Shown piece by piece: positions 61,263 to 64,000 of a stretch of DNA of 64,000 bases. The position numbers and the translations under genes are program-made. The notes beneath the pieces are model-generated. The model did no database searches, was not told the DNA's origin, and worked only from the letters and a program-made list of their open reading frames with translations. The DNA is taken from the NCBI GenBank assembly GCA_965263355.1, contig CBDHHL010000056.1:1664001-1728000 (forward strand), given 5' to 3'. The number at the start of each line of letters is the position of its first letter. Position 1 is the first letter of the stretch. The DNA comes from Leptolyngbyaceae cyanobacterium (GTDB lineage Bacteria; Cyanobacteriota; Cyanobacteriia; Phormidesmidales; Phormidesmidaceae).

Positions 61263-61393
61263 TGTTAGGAACCTCTAAATTCACCATGACGAGTTTTCCC
61301 GAGGCCGTCAACAGATTCAGAGCATTGTTGAAATGCTTAATAGATCTGCTAAACATTTGTATCTTCTGAGGTGGGTCGGTCTCATTTTTAGAT

Positions 61394-61427
61394 TTTGTAG
61401 AGGCGTTCCATGGAACGCCTCTACAAA
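61394..61427. repeat. REP-like GTAG palindrome (34-bp perfect)
   Basis: TTTGTAGAGGCGTTCCA|TGGAACGCCTCTACAAA; same family as 45101-45152. Confidence 0.85.
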
Positions 61428-61432
61428 TCCCT

Positions 61433-62497
61433 TTACACCGACCGTCCTTTTAATTCATCCACATCCAGCAAACTGACCAGCACGCCAGCAATGGGAATTG
61501 CTAGAAATAATCCCAATAGCCCGGCCACCCGCACACCAACAATCAGGGCAAAAAACATGACAACAGGATTAATATTTAGAGAATCTCGCATCACGTGGGG
61601 TAAAAGCACATTCTCTTCAACCTGCTGTAATAAAACACATACCACTACTGATTGGATCGCTATGCCAAGCCCCTGAGATAACAACAGCAGCCCCACCAAA
61701 CTAACGCCGAGGGTGGCCCCAATCCCAGGAATCAAGTCAAATAGACCGGCGATTACTGCAAGCACTAGGGCATAGGGAATTTTTAATAACAAAAAGACAA
61801 CAAATGTGGAGATAGCAAAAAAGATCGACAGCAGTAACCGTCCCCAAAAAAAGCCCAGAAGATTTTTCTGAATGGTGATGGTTAAGTGCTGGCGCTGATG
61901 CTTAGGTACGGCGTTGAGTAGCCATCGCCACAGCCGTGGACCATCTAGCATCATAAAAAATGTCACAACAGCAATCAAAATACCGTTGATAAAATTCTCT
62001 AACAGTGTCTGTACCAGTCCCAGGCCAGATCCTAGTAAGGTAGTTGCTTGCTGCTGTAGCTGTAATCCTAAGGTTTGCAAATCGACCTGCACATTCCACT
62101 GTTGTAATGTGGTTTCAATGCGTTCAATTAACGGCAGTAGAGAATTGAGAAAATCTGTACTGTTTTCTAATAAGCTCTGGCCCTGAGTAATGACGGCTAA
62201 TGCCAGTGTGGTGGTCATGCCCCCAACCAGGACTAATGCCACCATAAAGACAACAAATACAGCAATGCCATGGGGTAAAAACCGACGACACCATCGCACC
62301 GGATAGCTGAGTAAAAATGCCAAAATTGTAGAGATCACAAAAATAACCACTACAAGTTCAAAATAGTTAAGTACTTGCAGTACCCCCCAGCCACTGGCTA
62401 ATAGCAGCAAAAATCGTACCAGGACCGAATTGTCTAACTGGGCCAAAACGGTCTGCAGTTTTGCTAATGGGGGCTGTGGGTTAGGTTGAGGAGCCAC
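61433..62497 (-). CDS. AI-2E (PerM/UPF0118) family transporter
   Basis: LAFLLSYPV, DLIPGIG, QQVEENVLLP and GLLGLFLAIP. Confidence 0.9.
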   Translation of the reverse strand: MAPQPNPQPPLAKLQTVLAQLDNSVLVRFLLLLASGWGVLQVLNYFELVVVIFVISTILAFLLSYPVRWCRRFLPHGIAVFVVFMVALVLVGGMTTTLALAVITQGQSLLENSTDFLNSLLPLIERIETTLQQWNVQVDLQTLGLQLQQQATTLLGSGLGLVQTLLENFINGILIAVVTFFMMLDGPRLWRWLLNAVPKHQRQHLTITIQKNLLGFFWGRLLLSIFFAISTFVVFLLLKIPYALVLAVIAGLFDLIPGIGATLGVSLVGLLLLSQGLGIAIQSVVVCVLLQQVEENVLLPHVMRDSLNINPVVMFFALIVGVRVAGLLGLFLAIPIAGVLVSLLDVDELKGRSV

Positions 62498-62810
62498 TGC
62501 TGGTGTCTGCTGCCTGCAAAATCTCTTGCACTAGGACGTAGGGCTGAACAATTAAAGACTGCAATTGATGGCTAGGGCCAGTAGCCCCCCAAAGCTTAAG
62601 TTGCGCTTCAGTAGGTTTAGTGATTAACTGCTCACCAATCCAACGTTGAACTGATTGCACATTATCGTTCGTTAAGGCTATACCAACATCTACAAGGTCA
62701 AGCTGAGGATCGACAAAAACAACGGCATCTCTGGCAATATGAGGCTTAAGCCAATTCCATTGAGTCGGTCCCACCATGTTGGCTAAGGCTTGTCGCAGTT
62801 CTTGGCTCAT
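62481..62810 (-). CDS. DUF2288-family protein
   Basis: WNWLKPHIARDAV, LDLVDVG and LIVQPYVLVQ. Confidence 0.85.
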   Translation of the reverse strand: MSQELRQALANMVGPTQWNWLKPHIARDAVVFVDPQLDLVDVGIALTNDNVQSVQRWIGEQLITKPTEAQLKLWGATGPSHQLQSLIVQPYVLVQEILQAADTSSGSST

Positions 62811-62895
62811 GGATATGCTCCGCTGGTTGGGGATCGGTAAAAGAGGATCGGTAAAAATTTATCACTCTGATTAAAAAATGATTGTAACCATTGCG

Positions 62896-63546
62896 TCACC
62901 GTCCAAGGTCGTGCATGGTATGGATGCGATCGCAACAATAATCGGTAACAGACTTTAGTGCGGCCTTGTCTTTAGTCGATGCTGGGGGCGCAATGGGCTG
63001 ACCAATCCTTACAGTCACAGGTAAAGGCTTGGGAAATTTGGCACCACGCGGCAAAATGCGATGGGTACCCCACAAACTTACAGGCACCAAAGGCACCTGA
63101 GCCTTTGCCGCCAGCATCGCTGCTCCCAGCTTGGGGTCTGGAATTCGAGCATCAACGGTGCGAGTACCTTGAAGAAAAATCCCTACGGCCCAGCCCTGTT
63201 CTAACTGTTGTAATGCTGCCTGAATGGCTCCCCGAGCTGAACCACCCCGTTTGATCGGATAAGCCCCATAGGCTCGAATGGCTGGTGCTAAAACGGGGAT
63301 CTTAAATAATTCCTGTTTGGCCATGTAGGAAACTGGACGACGCACACAGGAAGAAACAATGGGTGGGTCAAAGTCACTGGCATGGTTAGCAACCACCAAT
63401 ACAGGACCTGATTTAGGCATGTTTTCTGCACCATATATACGGCCTCGCAAATACCCCCGTAACATCGGGTTTACTACCGACCACTTAAACAAGTGATAGA
63501 GAACGAGGCTAAGCTTAGGCTCACGCTGTCGTTGGGTATGATTCAC
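62896..63546 (-). CDS. plsC: 1-acyl-sn-glycerol-3-phosphate acyltransferase
   Basis: NHASDFD, MAKQELF and FLQGTR motifs. Confidence 0.92.
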   Translation of the reverse strand: MNHTQRQREPKLSLVLYHLFKWSVVNPMLRGYLRGRIYGAENMPKSGPVLVVANHASDFDPPIVSSCVRRPVSYMAKQELFKIPVLAPAIRAYGAYPIKRGGSARGAIQAALQQLEQGWAVGIFLQGTRTVDARIPDPKLGAAMLAAKAQVPLVPVSLWGTHRILPRGAKFPKPLPVTVRIGQPIAPPASTKDKAALKSVTDYCCDRIHTMHDLGR

Positions 63547-63570
63547 AGCCTACGATTCCATTGAGCACTC

Positions 63571-64000
63571 TTATGCCATCACCTGAACTCGATCTAAAAC
63601 ACTGGCAACAGCTTCAGCTTGCTCTAAAGTAGATACATTCTTAAGAATCAAACTACGACAGGTGCGCTTGATCAAACCTGCCAAAACCCTACCGGGGCCT
63701 ACTTCAATCACAGTGTCAATGGCCTGTTCCGGTAAGGCTAGAGAAATTTCTCGCCAACGCACTGATCCCGTCATTTGCTGCATCAGTCGCTGTTTGAGGA
63801 CATCCCCATCTGTACTAGGCGTGGGATCGACGTTTGAGAGCACCGGAACACAAGCATTCTTAAACGGCACACTCGCTAAAATCTGATCAAACTCATAGGA
63901 CGCAGGAGCCATTAGTGGAGAGTGGAAAGCACCACCAACATTGAGTTTGACGGTACGCTTTGATTTAATATCGGCGATGACAGCATCCACGGCCTCAGGT
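63571..64000 (-). CDS. fabD: Malonyl-CoA:ACP transacylase (5' part outside the window)
   Basis: LNVGGAFHSPLM, QMTGSVRW and EVGPGRVLAGL. Confidence 0.92.
   Translation of the reverse strand, partial: PEAVDAVIADIKSKRTVKLNVGGAFHSPLMAPASYEFDQILASVPFKNACVPVLSNVDPTPSTDGDVLKQRLMQQMTGSVRWREISLALPEQAIDTVIEVGPGRVLAGLIKRTCRSLILKNVSTLEQAEAVASVLDRVQVMA

Noticed and set aside
62831..62856. GGATCGGTAAAA direct repeat x2 upstream of DUF2288
   Set aside because: Could be a regulator site, but equally a local slippage duplication; no second instance seen.

Overview
Chromosomal window of a cyanobacterium: frequent HIP1 GCGATCGC octamers plus clpR, petL, crtR, cbbY and Uma2 genes; probably a filamentous Leptolyngbya-like strain (inference). 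Layout: (1) 1-7.7 kb holds clpR followed by a second ClpP-fold gene that also lacks the catalytic triad, then vWA/Coq4-like/dipeptide epimerase, TMEM14, a DUF815 ATPase and an orphan TAXI protein. (2) About 8-35.4 kb is a large surface-polysaccharide locus: gmd, eight glycosyltransferases, six SAM methyltransferases, a sulfotransferase, an OafA-like acyltransferase, Wzm/Wzt, a DegT aminotransferase, WbaP and an O-antigen ligase-family protein. Its 9-28.4 kb core is AT-rich and HIP1-poor. (3) 35.5-64 kb is mostly housekeeping: petL (missed by the ORF track), leuC/leuD, a Crp-family regulator, a GH13_18 phosphorylase, pyk, crtR, aroH, sppA, cbbY, ghrA, an hpt-like gene, plsC and fabD, plus a YbjQ-YbjQ-M48 cassette, a DUF4058 pseudogene and REP-like palindromes. 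Best leads: a second inactive ClpR-like subunit, an ~140-nt structured sRNA candidate behind an NtcA-type promoter, and a methyltransferase with a tandem-repeat-encoded coiled-coil (possible chain-length ruler). No CRISPR array, rRNA, tRNA or intact transposase was seen. All calls are by eye, with no database searches.
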